Translations under genes and position numbers: made by a program
Origin: Sphyrna mokarran
Lineage: Eukaryota
Direction of reading: 5' to 3'
Length of the DNA: 64,000 nucleotides
NCBI GenBank assembly: GCA_024679065.1
Contig: JAGIQG010000008.1
Location: 91,264,001-91,328,000 of the forward strand
Shown: piece by piece, positions 1-10,420 of the stretch
Numbering within the stretch: position 1 is the stretch's first letter
Layout of the letters: every line of letters begins with the position of its first letter
The notes under the pieces: model-generated
What the model was told of the DNA's origin: nothing
Seen by the model: only the letters and a program-made list of their open reading frames with translations
Database searches by the model: none

Positions 1-1884
1 CTAGTGGAGGATAGTATGTATATCCTGTATATACATATACAGTGTATGTATATACACTGGTTGGTATGTATATCCTGGTGGTCTACCTGAAAGCTTGGGA
101 AGGGTGTTTGTAATTGGGCTCCTTATGGGCCATAGAGGGATCCCAAAAGGCAAGAAGTACTTTCCTGTCCTGCTGAACAACATCAACTTACCTGGGTTTA
201 GTGCCTCCTCCTAGGTGCAGTTCCAGTAGTGGTCATTGTTGCCAGTGGTGCTGCTGAGACTGAAAAGTGGATGGCTCAACAGGGGGATGGGACTTCATCT
301 CTTAAAGGGATGGGAGTGCTAACCGCAGGCAGCTGCTGGTCTTATCAGTATAAAATTCAGTTGGGGCTCCCAGAACCAGTGGAGGCAAAATTGCCCCTGA
401 CTTTTTGGTTGGTGGATGGGGCTGCCACTGCTGTGTAAACCAGTACTCCATGTGCCCTGAGTACATTTTACTGGAAGGAGATAGAAGCAGACATATTTCA
501 TGCTGTTGATCATCAGTGATTCCAGGAAAAAAGGCATTCATGTGGCAATCAGGTTGGCAGTGATGTCCTTTATAATTGAATGAAGCACCAACATTCATTT
601 GGGCTCATATATGAAGATTGAGCACTTTGGTATGGCCCTGGCAGATACTGTGTACATATGGAATCATACGCTGGTGCTCTCAATAAAACAAGAGAGTAAA
701 TTGGAAGAGGAAAAATAGTATATTTAAGAATGTTTGGATAACTGGAGGAAAACAATCCATCATTATAAATTAGAAGGAAGCTCCCAGGGAATCAGGGCTT
801 GCTTTGGATTGGCTTACAGCCATCTGTTGGTGATTCAATGTATTATTACTGTACCTTTGCCAAAATAAACCAATTCCTTAACCTGTTACTGCCCAGGAAG
901 GACCTGATTTCTAAAGTGCAGCATGTGGCTGCAAAGCACCATTATCGTAAGTGAGATCTGAAAAAAGTACTTTTACAAAAGGGATCCTCTCTCTGACCAT
1001 AGCCAATTTATTTGAAAACAAAGTAACAGGTCAGTCATAGATAAGGGTTACCATTTTCATCAGTGTTGCTACAAACTGATGCCACAGCTGATTAACGAAC
1101 AGACAGACGTAAAAACTATTGTCATATCACTCAAATGTTAAATCGATCACAGACAGTAAGGTGCCATATTTGACCAAAGCACCCTTGGATTCCTCTCCTA
1201 TATTTCTCTTCCCATGCCTAGTGTAATATGAGGCAGGCACATTGTTTGTATTTCCACGGTTAATTTTTCAGCTGATTGTCAGTTTGTTGCCAGAGACTAA
1301 AGCTTGACGGGACACGAATGTGCCATAGCTGATCGTGTCCTCCTTGTAGAAGCAATGACCTCCCTTGTGTTGGCTGTGATCTATGGATTAGTCTTGTACT
1401 GGGAGTGTAAACAAATGCATATGTCTTGACCAGTAAGGTCAAGGCTGACCAGGAGATTTTCTTGCTCTTATTGCCTGCCAACGGCCTGTTGGAAGGATTT
1501 ACAGGTCAATAGTCAACCTGTCTGGCAGTGTAATGAACATGCTGTCCGTGGCTTTCCTGGAGCAGCACTGGAAGCTTCTGATTGAGAGGCTGGGACATTA
1601 CTCACAATACCTCCTTCAATCCTGATTTGAATTTCCCAGCAAAGGTAACTATAAATGTCAGTTAAGAACAACATTGGGCTTGGCTCTGATTTCCCCCACA
1701 GTCAGATACCTGCTGATATCTATAATTAATAGCCATTAGTCAAGATACTAGAGGGCAACAGGGTCCTAGGGAATTGTCTTCGTGTGAGGAGGAAAGCTCA
1801 TGAGCAGAGAAAATTAGGTGAGAATATTGAAAAGGAAATATGGTGCTGATACAGGCAGATTTGATGGTTAGATGGTAAAGTGGG

Positions 1885-2170
1885 CTATGAACAAGGAGCA
1901 GGAGTAGGCCATTCAGCCCCTCCAACCTGCTCCATCATTTAATAAGATTGTGGTTGATCTGATAGCAACTTCAGATCTACATTTTACCTATTCCCTGTCA
2001 TTTATCACCCTCTCACTTAGCTAGAAAATCCACCTCCATCTTAAAAATATCCAAAGAATCTGCTTCTACTGCCTTTTCAGGAAGAGAGTTGCAAAGATAC
2101 AGAGTCCTCAGAGAAAATATGTTCGACTCCTCTCTATTCTAAATGGGCGACTCCTTATTCTTACAGTGAC
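1885..2170 (-). mobile_element. CR1 LINE 3' fragment
   Basis: Reverse-strand CR1 3'-end motifs (GGAGCAGGAGTAGGCCATTCAGCCC, GGAAGAGAGTTGCAAAGA); similar to the copies at 25155 and 30880. Confidence 0.7.
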
Positions 2171-2617
2171 AATGCAGCTTTAATTTCAGTTTGAAAAAGA
2201 AAGCTTCCCAATAACTACTATTTGTGGAAAGAAGTTCAGTGTATGCCTGAGCAGTGGTGAACACATCTCTGATATGTTGTGTCACGGAGTGGCCGTCATC
2301 ATACTCAGGTTTTAATCACACATGAGATTTTGAGTGAAATTCAAATGCTTCCCTTTTCAATCATTTCTTAGTTGTCAAAGAATGAAGTTGGTGGAGGTTG
2401 AAGAGAGGAGCATTGAGAAGCATCCTCTAACTCAGAGAATGTGCAGGCAAGCTTAAAGAGACAAACTGAAAAGTTTCCATCAGGAGCCCAATTCCACAGT
2501 GAGAGACTAAATGAAAGAATATTATTTTGAGCGAAAGTTTGCAAATGCTACTTTTGGAGCTTAGATGTAAAAATAAATTATCCTTTTCCCTGTAAAGAAA
2601 ACCTAAACATAAGCTTT

Positions 2618-2856
2618 AAGATAAAATACTGTAGACGCTGGAATCGGAAACAAAAACGGGAAATGCTGGAAAACTCAGCACGTGTGACAACATCTGTGGA
2701 GAGAGAATAGAACCAACATTTTGAGACTGGATGACTCTTTTTCAGAGCTGACATTGGAGCTTCAAAGCATCATCTAGACTTAAAACATTGGCTCTAGTGT
2801 CTGTTCACAGATGCTGTCAGACCTGCTGAGTTTTTCCAGCACTTTTTTGTTTTTGT
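2618..2856. mobile_element. Palindromic Penelope-like (PLE) terminal remnant with decayed hammerhead cores
   Basis: Imperfect inverted repeat (GCTGGAAAACTCAGCA...TGCTGAGTTTTTCCAGC) around a centre near 2750; homologous to 7710-7925. Confidence 0.7.
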
Positions 2857-2949
2857 GATTGTGTTAAACATAAGCACTGCTTGGAACTGTTCACAAAAAT
2901 ACTGATTAATGTAGTAGCGACACTAATTTTTTAAAAAAATGCTGAGTTT

Positions 2950-3273
2950 ATAGAATCCCTACAGTGCAGGAAGAGGCCATTTGGCCCATCAAGTCTGCGC
3001 TGACCCTCACTTATAGAGCACCTTGCCCAGGCCCAACCCCAGCCTATCCCCATAACCCCACAAATTTATTCCACTAATCCCCTAAACTACACATATTGGG
3101 ATACCAAGGAGGAATTTAGCATGGTCAATCCATCTAACTTGCACACCTTTGGTCTGTGGGAGGAAACACATGCAGATACCATGAGAATATGCAAACTCTA
3201 CACGCATTGTCACCCAAGGCTGGAATCAACCTAGGTCCTGAGCATCGTGAAGCAACATTGTTAACCATTGTGC
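2950..3273 (-). mobile_element. HE1-type V-SINE (CR1 tail)
   Basis: Reverse complement of the tRNA head, GGCCATGCTAAATT-type body and CTGCACTGTAGGGATTCTAT tail. Confidence 0.85.
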
Positions 3274-4283
3274 TGCAGAAATTATGTTTGGTTCCCCACT
3301 TGGTTTATTGGGCTCCCATTCCAATTTGGTAAAATTTTGCAGCTGTGCCTACATCATTTCTAAAACATAGCCATTCAGGCTGGCTAATTTGTCAATTTAG
3401 CTCTAAATCCACTTATCTCAATAGTGTTTGCAATCTTAGCTCACTCAACACTTCATTCTGCTGCTGAATATAACTAAACAATCCTTTATGCAAAATTTAA
3501 CTAGCTGAACTACATTATAAATAATATTAAAATAATGGTGAATAATGAATTCAATATAGAAACTTAAATTCTTTTTGAACTGACTGCAGTGTAAGTGGTC
3601 TGTCTGTAACCATTTCTTGTTTTGCTCCAGTGCAAATGAGATGATTAAACACTTGTTATTATCATAGATTAATTGGATGTAGTTCTTGCATGCTGTTTAA
3701 GATTGAGGATGGCTACTAAGTTTGTTGTAAATGCACAGACACGGGGTACTAGTGTATGTGTACTTGTGTGACTCTTAGTTGCAGGTAGTGGCAGGAGACA
3801 TTTACTCCTGCAGGCCACTAGCTAAAGGACGTCTTTGGAGTTGATTTCCGAGTTTCCCACAAGTGGGTTGGCAGGCAGGGGAGACTGTAATATTAGGCAC
3901 CATGCTTTATGCACTGTGGCCAGAACCCTCCTTCCATCCCTGCCACAATTTTACTAGCAGCAGGGAGGTATTGGATGGCCTTCCAGCCTATAGGCCAATT
4001 GAAGCCATTAAATGGTTAATTAATGGCCAGTTAAGGGCTATCACTTGCTGCTGATAGGATTAAATCCACAGTGGGCAAGTCATGCCAAGTGTGCAGCTTG
4101 GTAGCTTTTGCTGCATGTACTGGTCAAGACAGGGGGTACTTCCACTGTCTCATCCTGTCAACTGGAAGCAACCCCCTCAAGGTCTTCCCCCTCCAGCATT
4201 TCTCTCCTCTGCCCTGTTCACCCTGGTCCCCTCATTCCTCTCGTCCCTCTCGCCAGGGCCTGCCCGGTCTAGGTAATAATCCA

Positions 4284-4660
4284 AGAGTGCGAGAAACTGC
4301 AAAGGGTTGTGAATGATGCCCAACCCATCATGCAAACCAAATTCCCATCCATTTACTCTGACTACACTTCCCACTGGCTTGACAAAACAGCCAGAATAAT
4401 TAAGGATCTTACAGACCTGGACATTCTCTCTTCTATCTTCTTCCATGAGGACATATACCAATCATCTCAAGAATACCTTCTTCCCTGCTGCCATCAAACC
4501 TATCTTACATTAAGTTGATCTTTCTCTACACCCTACTATAACAGTTACACTCTCGTTTCCTTCTCTATGCATGGTATGCTTTGTCATATAGGGTTCAAGA
4601 AACAATACTTTTCACCATACACTAATACATATGACAATAATGAATCAAATCAAATCAACA
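4284..4660 (+). mobile_element. Rex1/Babar-type LINE 3' fragment
   Basis: Similar to 38130-38540; ends ...ACATATGACAATAATGAATCAAATCAAATC. Confidence 0.8.
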
Positions 4661-5061
4661 CAAAACCCACCATTATCTAACTTTGCACCTCGATCCATCA
4701 TTGTTGGGAAGTGGGTTGTAGTCCCGCTGCTCACACCTGGGTGTGCTGCTGGAATCAGAGAACTAACAACTGTTCGATTGGTTAGCAGCTCTCTGAAGCA
4801 GGATGTTCTCCCCAGATAAGACAGTGGTCTTGTCTCAAGCTAATGAATGGCCCAACAACTATTAAAAAGGCTTCAGGATTAAGCCCATCGAGTCTGCACC
4901 GACTTTCCAACAGAGCATCTTATTCATCCCACCCCTGCCCCTACAAGCTTTTTGGGATAGGGATAGTAGCACTTGACTGTCTAATACAGCACCATTATAC
5001 TCCAGATCGCCTTTCTGGAGATCCATATAACAAAAGACGTAGCATAACACTCTCTGTTATT

Positions 5062-5403
5062 GGGGCAGCATGGTGGCATAGTGGTCAGCATTGCTGCCTC
5101 ACAGTATCTGGGATCTGAGTTCGATTCCAGCCTTGGGTGACTGTCTGTGTGGAGTTTGCACATCATCCCTATGTCTGCATGGATTTTCTACGGGTGCTCC
5201 ATTTTCTCCCACAATCCAGAGATGTGCAGGTTAGGTGGACTGGCCATGCTAAGTTGCTTCTTAGTATTCAAAGATGTGTAGGTTAGGGGGATTAGTGGGA
5301 CAACGTGTGAGTGCAGAGGTGGGCCTGGGTAAAATGCTCTGTTGGAGAGTCAGTACAGACTCAATAGGCTTAATGACCTCCTTCTGCACTGTAAAGATTC
5401 TGT
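5062..5403 (+). mobile_element. HE1-type V-SINE (CR1 tail)
   Basis: A box TGGCATAGTGG, B box GTTCGATTC, body GGCCATGCTAA, tail CCTTCTGCACTGTAAAGATTCT. Confidence 0.9.
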
Positions 5404-6774
5404 AATAGCTGGCTGGGCATGCTGACATAAAGAGAAAGATAAGAGTAGTGTCTTGCTCTTCTTCCCTTGGTACTCCCATATTTTCCTTGCCCACTCCCAA
5501 TAAAACACATCTGATCAAGAAATATGTTAATGCTGCTCTGTCACTACATAGTAGATACACTGAGAATCCACTTACCTATACAGTATGCTCTGATGTAAAG
5601 TATGAAATTGCACCAACATGTAAAATTTCAAAATAGATTTTAAAAAAATTCTTGAGGAGACATTTTGTGATTGCTGTGCCACCAACTTTTCAAATTGTTT
5701 CCCATAGGAATCCAAGGAGATCAATGTAAGGCCAAATTAAACAATTGAAAGTTTCTGTGATGGAAACTTGGCTTTGGTCCATGAAAGGAAACTTTAAATT
5801 AAAAAAGGAAGCACTGAAAGTACACAACAGATCAGTCAGCATCTGGAAAAGAAAGAGCAATATTTCGGCTGAGTCTTTATCCAGTTTGTACAGACCTTAC
5901 TTAAGAACTGTTATGGACTGTTAAGGGTAAGAGCATTAAATAATCTGAATAGAAACAATGTGCAGGGGTATGGGGAAGGGGCAAGGGAACAGCACAATTC
6001 TTGTTTGGGGAGCCAGTGCAGACACACTGAGCCAAATACCACCTCCTGTGAAGGTTTGAGTTGGTTTTTACAGTGCATTGGAATCCAGCACAGGAAATGG
6101 AAGTTTATGAACTTGGCAAACACAATATATCACGACTCCCAGAGGTATTCAGATAGGAGTTATGTCATTTATATATTGTGTTTAATTAAATCTAATGTTT
6201 TAACAGGTCTGTTTAAATGAACTGAACTGACTTTATTTACAGAAAAACCTGAAAGTCACATGAGCAGATTGGCACAAACATAAGAGAGCAGATGTTAACA
6301 GTCACAAATTAATCTTAACACACAAACTCTGCTGACAGACAGATGCCATTAAACTGTCAGAAATTGGCTTCAGGTAAACTCCAGCGAAATTAAATTCCCA
6401 GCAACACGAAGACAACAGTATTGAGACATGTTTAATATATGGTAGGATGCATTAAAAGACCTGGAATGTAATATGCTGAATGACTCCTTGGAGAACAGCA
6501 GCTCCATGTATGTCACAAAATGCCAATTCAGTTCTGTTGGCACCAGATTATAGAAGAAAGAATTAAGACATGTGCTGTTGGCTTGGACTTGTAATAAGGT
6601 ACTCTGGAATAAGATTATTGCTTTTTTTTTTCAGAATGCATTAAAATCTAATATTTTGTTAGTCCTGGCTCAGTGCTATTACTATTACTTCTCAGCCAGA
6701 AGGTTGAGGTTTAAATCACAGTCCAAAGACTTGAATACAAAATCTAGGCTAATGCTTAGTGTGGTAGAATTAAA

Positions 6775-7700
6775 TAGAAATACATAGAATAAATAGCATA
6801 GGAATAAACTGTTTAGTCCAAACAGTCCACGCCAGCATTTGTGCTCTACTTGATTCTTCCCTCATCCTTGGGTGGCACAATGGTTAGCACTGCTGCCTCA
6901 TAGCACCAGAGACCTGGGTTTCATTCTTGGCTTGGGTCGCTGTGCAGAATCTGCACTTTCTCCCTGTGTCTGTATGGGTTTCCTCTGGGTGTTCAGTTTT
7001 CCTCCCACAGTCTGAAAGACATGCTGGTTAGATGCATTGGCCATGCTAAATTCCCCCTCAGTGTACCCGAATAAGCACTGGAGTATGGCAACAAGGGGGT
7101 TTTCACAATAACTTCATTGTAGCGTTAATATAAGCCGACTTGTGACACTACTAAATAAACTTAAAACTTCTCATTTTTATCTGTTCATCATAAATCTCTA
7201 TTTCCCGGTCCCTCATATATTTATTCATCTTTCTTTTAAATACAGCTATTCTATTCCCCAGAACCGCTTTTGTAGTAACATTCTCATCATTCGGTGCAGA
7301 ATGAGATTTCTTTTCTGATTTCTTGGTCGCTTTCTTATGTTTATTACCCTGGCTTGTGCTCACCCCACAAGTTGGATCTCCCTTTCTCTCTCTGTTTGCT
7401 TTGTCAAAACCTTTCATAATTTTAAAGACCTTTATAAGCCATGCTTCATCAGTTTTCAGGAGAAAAGAAATTGAGCCTGTTTATCATTTGCTGATAGCTA
7501 CAACATGGCAGTTCTGATATCATCCTTGTTGACCTATTTTACACCTTCTCTCCATTGCCTCATTATCTTTTTTATAAGATGGGACACAACTCTCATTGTA
7601 ACTTAATCAGGATTCTATCCAGGTTTAGCACACCTTCTTTACTTCTCAATTTTATCCCACGAGAAATAAACACCTGTGTTTGTTTTTTTTAAATTTAGGA
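6775..7700 (-). mobile_element. Old CR1 3' fragment (interrupted by a SINE)
   Basis: Starts with a TAGAA-type tail; degraded CR1 motifs such as AAAACCTTTCATAATTTTAAAGACC. Confidence 0.6.
6870..7165 (+). mobile_element. HE1-headed SINE, alternative (Rex1-like) tail
   Basis: HE1 head/body, then CCCTCAGTGTACCCGAA...TTTTCACAATAACTTCATTG...CTTGTGACACTACTAAATAAACTT. Confidence 0.85.
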
Positions 7701-7709
7701 CCTTAATAC

Positions 7710-7925
7710 AGATAAAAGCAAAATACCGCAGATGCTGGAATCTGAAATATAAACTGAAAATGCTGGAAAATCTTAGCAGTTCTGACAACATCTGAGGGGA
7801 GAGAATAGAGCCAACGTTTCAAATTTGGATGACCTTTCGCCAGAGCTGGCAAAGGGTCATCCAGGCTCGAAACGTTGGCTCTATTTTCTCGCCGCAGATG
7901 CTGTCAGACCTGCTGAGATTTTGTG
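7710..7925. mobile_element. Palindromic Penelope-like terminal remnant with two hammerhead-like cores
   Basis: AATAGAGCCAACGTTTC...GAAACGTTGGCTCTATT inverted arms centred on AGCT near 7845; each arm reads CTGGC(A/G)A...GAAACG. Confidence 0.75.
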
Positions 7926-8020
7926 TTCCTTCACAACAGAACACAATGGGTCATCCTGACTCAAAATGTTGACCTTATTATGGAGGTGCCATACTTTGAA
8001 TGACATTATCCTAAGGCGCC

Positions 8021-8380
8021 ATAGAACATATAGAATATAGAACAATACAGCACAAACAGGCCCTTCGGCCCACGAGTTGTGCCGATCACATCTACCAATC
8101 CACAGACCTATCTATAACCCCCTATCCTATTCTTTTCCATATACTCATCCAGAAGTCTCTTAAAAGACCCCAGTGAGTTTGCCTCAACAACCTCTGACGA
8201 CAGTCGGTTCCATTCACTCACCACCCTCAGTGAAAAACCTACCCCTGACATCTCCTTTGTATTTGCTTCCCTGCACCTTAAATCTGGGTCCTTTTGTATT
8301 GACCATTTCCACTCGGGGAAATAGTCTGAGTCCATCCTATCTATTCCTCTCAACATTTTATAAACCTCTGTCAGGTCGCC
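8021..8380 (-). mobile_element. CR1 LINE 3' end (relatively well preserved)
   Basis: ORF 8108-8356 (-) RVVSEWNRLSSEVVEANSLGSFKRLLDEYM is a typical CR1 ORF2 C-terminus; ATAGAAC-type tail repeats. Confidence 0.9.
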
Positions 8381-8589
8381 ATCTCCCTTCTCAGATAGAC
8401 ATCAAAGATCACATATGTTAAAGAAGACCAGGGAAGTTCTTCCTGGTTTTTGGCCAATGTCTATCTCTCAACGTCATAAATTGGATAATCTGGTTACGAT
8501 CAAACAGCTGTTTGTGGGAACTTTCTGTGCAAATTGGCTGCCAGGCTATCTACATTACGATAGTGATAACACTTCAAAAGTATGTAAAG

Positions 8590-9072
8590 GAGAGGCAAAG
8601 GTCTAGTGGTATTGTTGCTAGAATATTAATCCGGAAACTCACTTAACTTTCTGGGGACTTGGATTCGAATCCGGCCATAGCAGATGGTGGAATTTGAATT
8701 CAATAAAAAATATCTGGAATTAAGAACTGATGATGACCATGATTGTCGGAAAACCCACCTGGTTCACTAATGTCCGTAAGAGGTCAGGCGAAGGCACAAA
8801 CGCTGAAAGCTAGCAGATTTACTATCAAATAAATCGGTTGGATTTAAAATTGGTGTTGCCAGACCTCTTACTGAGTTTACCCAGTCCAACGCCGGCATCT
8901 CTGCATCATCACTAATGTCCGTCAGGGAAGGAAATCTGCCAGCCTTACCTGGTCTAGCCTACATGTAACTCCAGGGCTACAGCAGTATGGTTGACTCTCA
9001 ACTGCCATCTGAACTAGGTATGGGCAATAAATGATGGTCAGCCAGCAACACCCTTGTCTTATGAATGAATAA
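8590..9072 (+). mobile_element. tRNA-headed SINE family B (tail shared with a CR1-group LINE), carrying a Penelope-like insert
   Basis: B box GGATTCGAATCC; body GGTTCACTAATGTCC...AGGGAAGGAAATCTGCC; tail ATGGGCAATAAATG...ATGAATGAATAAA. Confidence 0.85.
8778..8908 (+). mobile_element. Short Penelope-like insertion with a 14-bp target-site duplication
   Basis: Flanked by TCACTAATGTCCGT (8764-8777 and 8909-8922); contains GAAAGCTAG, AATAAA and CCCAGTCCAACGCCGGCATCTC. Confidence 0.7.
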
Positions 9073-9476
9073 AGGAGGTGTTACTGTGAAGTTGATATGA
9101 ATGATATAAAAAATACTTTTCCAAAAAAAGAATGGAATCCTGGAGTTGGTCACATGTTTTTCTAATGATGTTTTATTCCTGTTGCTCACAGCATTTACAT
9201 TTACAGTTTCACATCCATGTCAGTGACATTCTTAACCTTAACCCCAGCGAAAATTAGCATGTGAATGTTTCAAACTGCCCAGAAATGTGACATCGTTCAG
9301 AATTTGGGAGTTTCTGGAGGAAAAATGCTGATAGCTTATTTAATAGCACTTCCTCATTTAAATGGGGTAAATGGCTGTTTTAGAAAAATGCAGCAGAAGA
9401 AATATGTGTGTGAAACAGACTCCCGCTGAAGGAAACGAAATGCTCTGACTTTGTGAGCTGGTTATCAGGCTGCATG

Positions 9477-9495
9477 TGGCCACCAGAGGGGGTTT
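9477..9495 (+). promoter_or_regulatory. Candidate CTCF site
   Basis: TGGCCACCAGAGGGGGTTT closely matches the core CCASYAGRKGGC (G in place of the final C) and lies in sequence where I recognise no repeat. Confidence 0.4.
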
Positions 9496-10079
9496 TGAGC
9501 AGAGGGAGAAATGACTCTCAGCAATCAGTCAGGTCATCAGGTCCACACCTACCAACAAACAATACATGATTTGATTGAAGTGGACTCCACTGAAGTCCTT
9601 TAAACTCTTGGGAGAGATAAGTAATCACTGTGAAAACATGTAGGAACATGAAATTCTATGAGGCTCATCCTAACTATTCCAGGTAATTGAATGATTATAA
9701 GGTTTCATATTCCACTCTATGCATTTTTGACTATTTGTATTGCAGAGCTGATAGTTTCATGATTACAGTTGCCTTGGAGTGTTGTATTGTTTGTGCTTAT
9801 CCTTCAATTAGGTATTCATGTAGCTTTTTCTTTACATAGAATACAATGCACAGAAACATAGGCCATTCAGCTCATCTTTGTATTTATACTGCACTTCAAG
9901 TACAAATTTCTTCTCATTTCATCCATTTCCATCTATCTGTCAACAGATAGTATGATTTTCCTTTCCCTCCTGTGCTCATCTAGTTTTTTTATGGCAGTGA
10001 TTTCCACATTCTAATCACTGAGTAAAGAAACTTCTTATTTACATGTGAGATTTATCAGCAACTATCATTATCAAACTAT

Positions 10080-10420
10080 TCATGGATGGGCACAGATCAG
10101 CTAGATAGTCAGTGTATTTTCCCAAATGAATCTAAAATGAGAGGGCATAGGTTTAAGGCGAGAGAGGAGAAATATAAAAGGGCCGAGAGGGGCAATGTTT
10201 TCATATGGAGGGTGGTGAGTGTCTGGTGCAAGCTGCTAGAAGTAGTTGTAAAGGTGGTTACAAGTTTGTCTTTTAAAAAGCATTAATACAGTTACATGGA
10301 TATAGAGGGATATGGGCCAAATGCGGGCAATTAGGATTAATTTAGGAGCTTAAAAAAAGGGAATGGTATGGACAAGTTGTGCCAAAGGGCCTGCTTTCAT
10401 GTTGTAAACGTCTGAGTTGA
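10080..10420 (+). mobile_element. CR1 3' end inserted in an older antisense CR1 (~9835-10860)
   Basis: ORF 10086-10286 SKMRGHRFK...FIWRVVSVWCKLLEVVV is a CR1 ORF2 C-terminus. Confidence 0.85.

Larger units (their letters stand above)
6662..9120 (+). mobile_element. SacSINE1/DeuSINE-like SINE split by nested insertions (pieces ~6662-6770, 7981-8020, 8381-8583, possibly 9078-9120)
   Basis: The pieces align in order with the reverse complement of the copy at 11345-11700 (GGCTCAGTG, CAGAAGGTTG, AAATCTAGGCT, TGGAGGTGCC, TCAGATAGA, GCTGTTTGTGGGA, AATTGGCTGCC, CACTTCAAAAGTA). Confidence 0.7.

Noticed and set aside
897-946. Possible 50-nt exon (CCCAG|GAAG...TATC|GTAAGT)
   Set aside because: Good donor but weak pyrimidine tract, an unrecognised peptide (KDLISKVQHVAAKHHY) and no linked exons; expected by chance in 64 kb.
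5062-5135. tRNA genes at SINE heads (here and in other copies)
   Set aside because: A and B boxes are present but run straight into SINE bodies; I see no intact cloverleaf or terminator.
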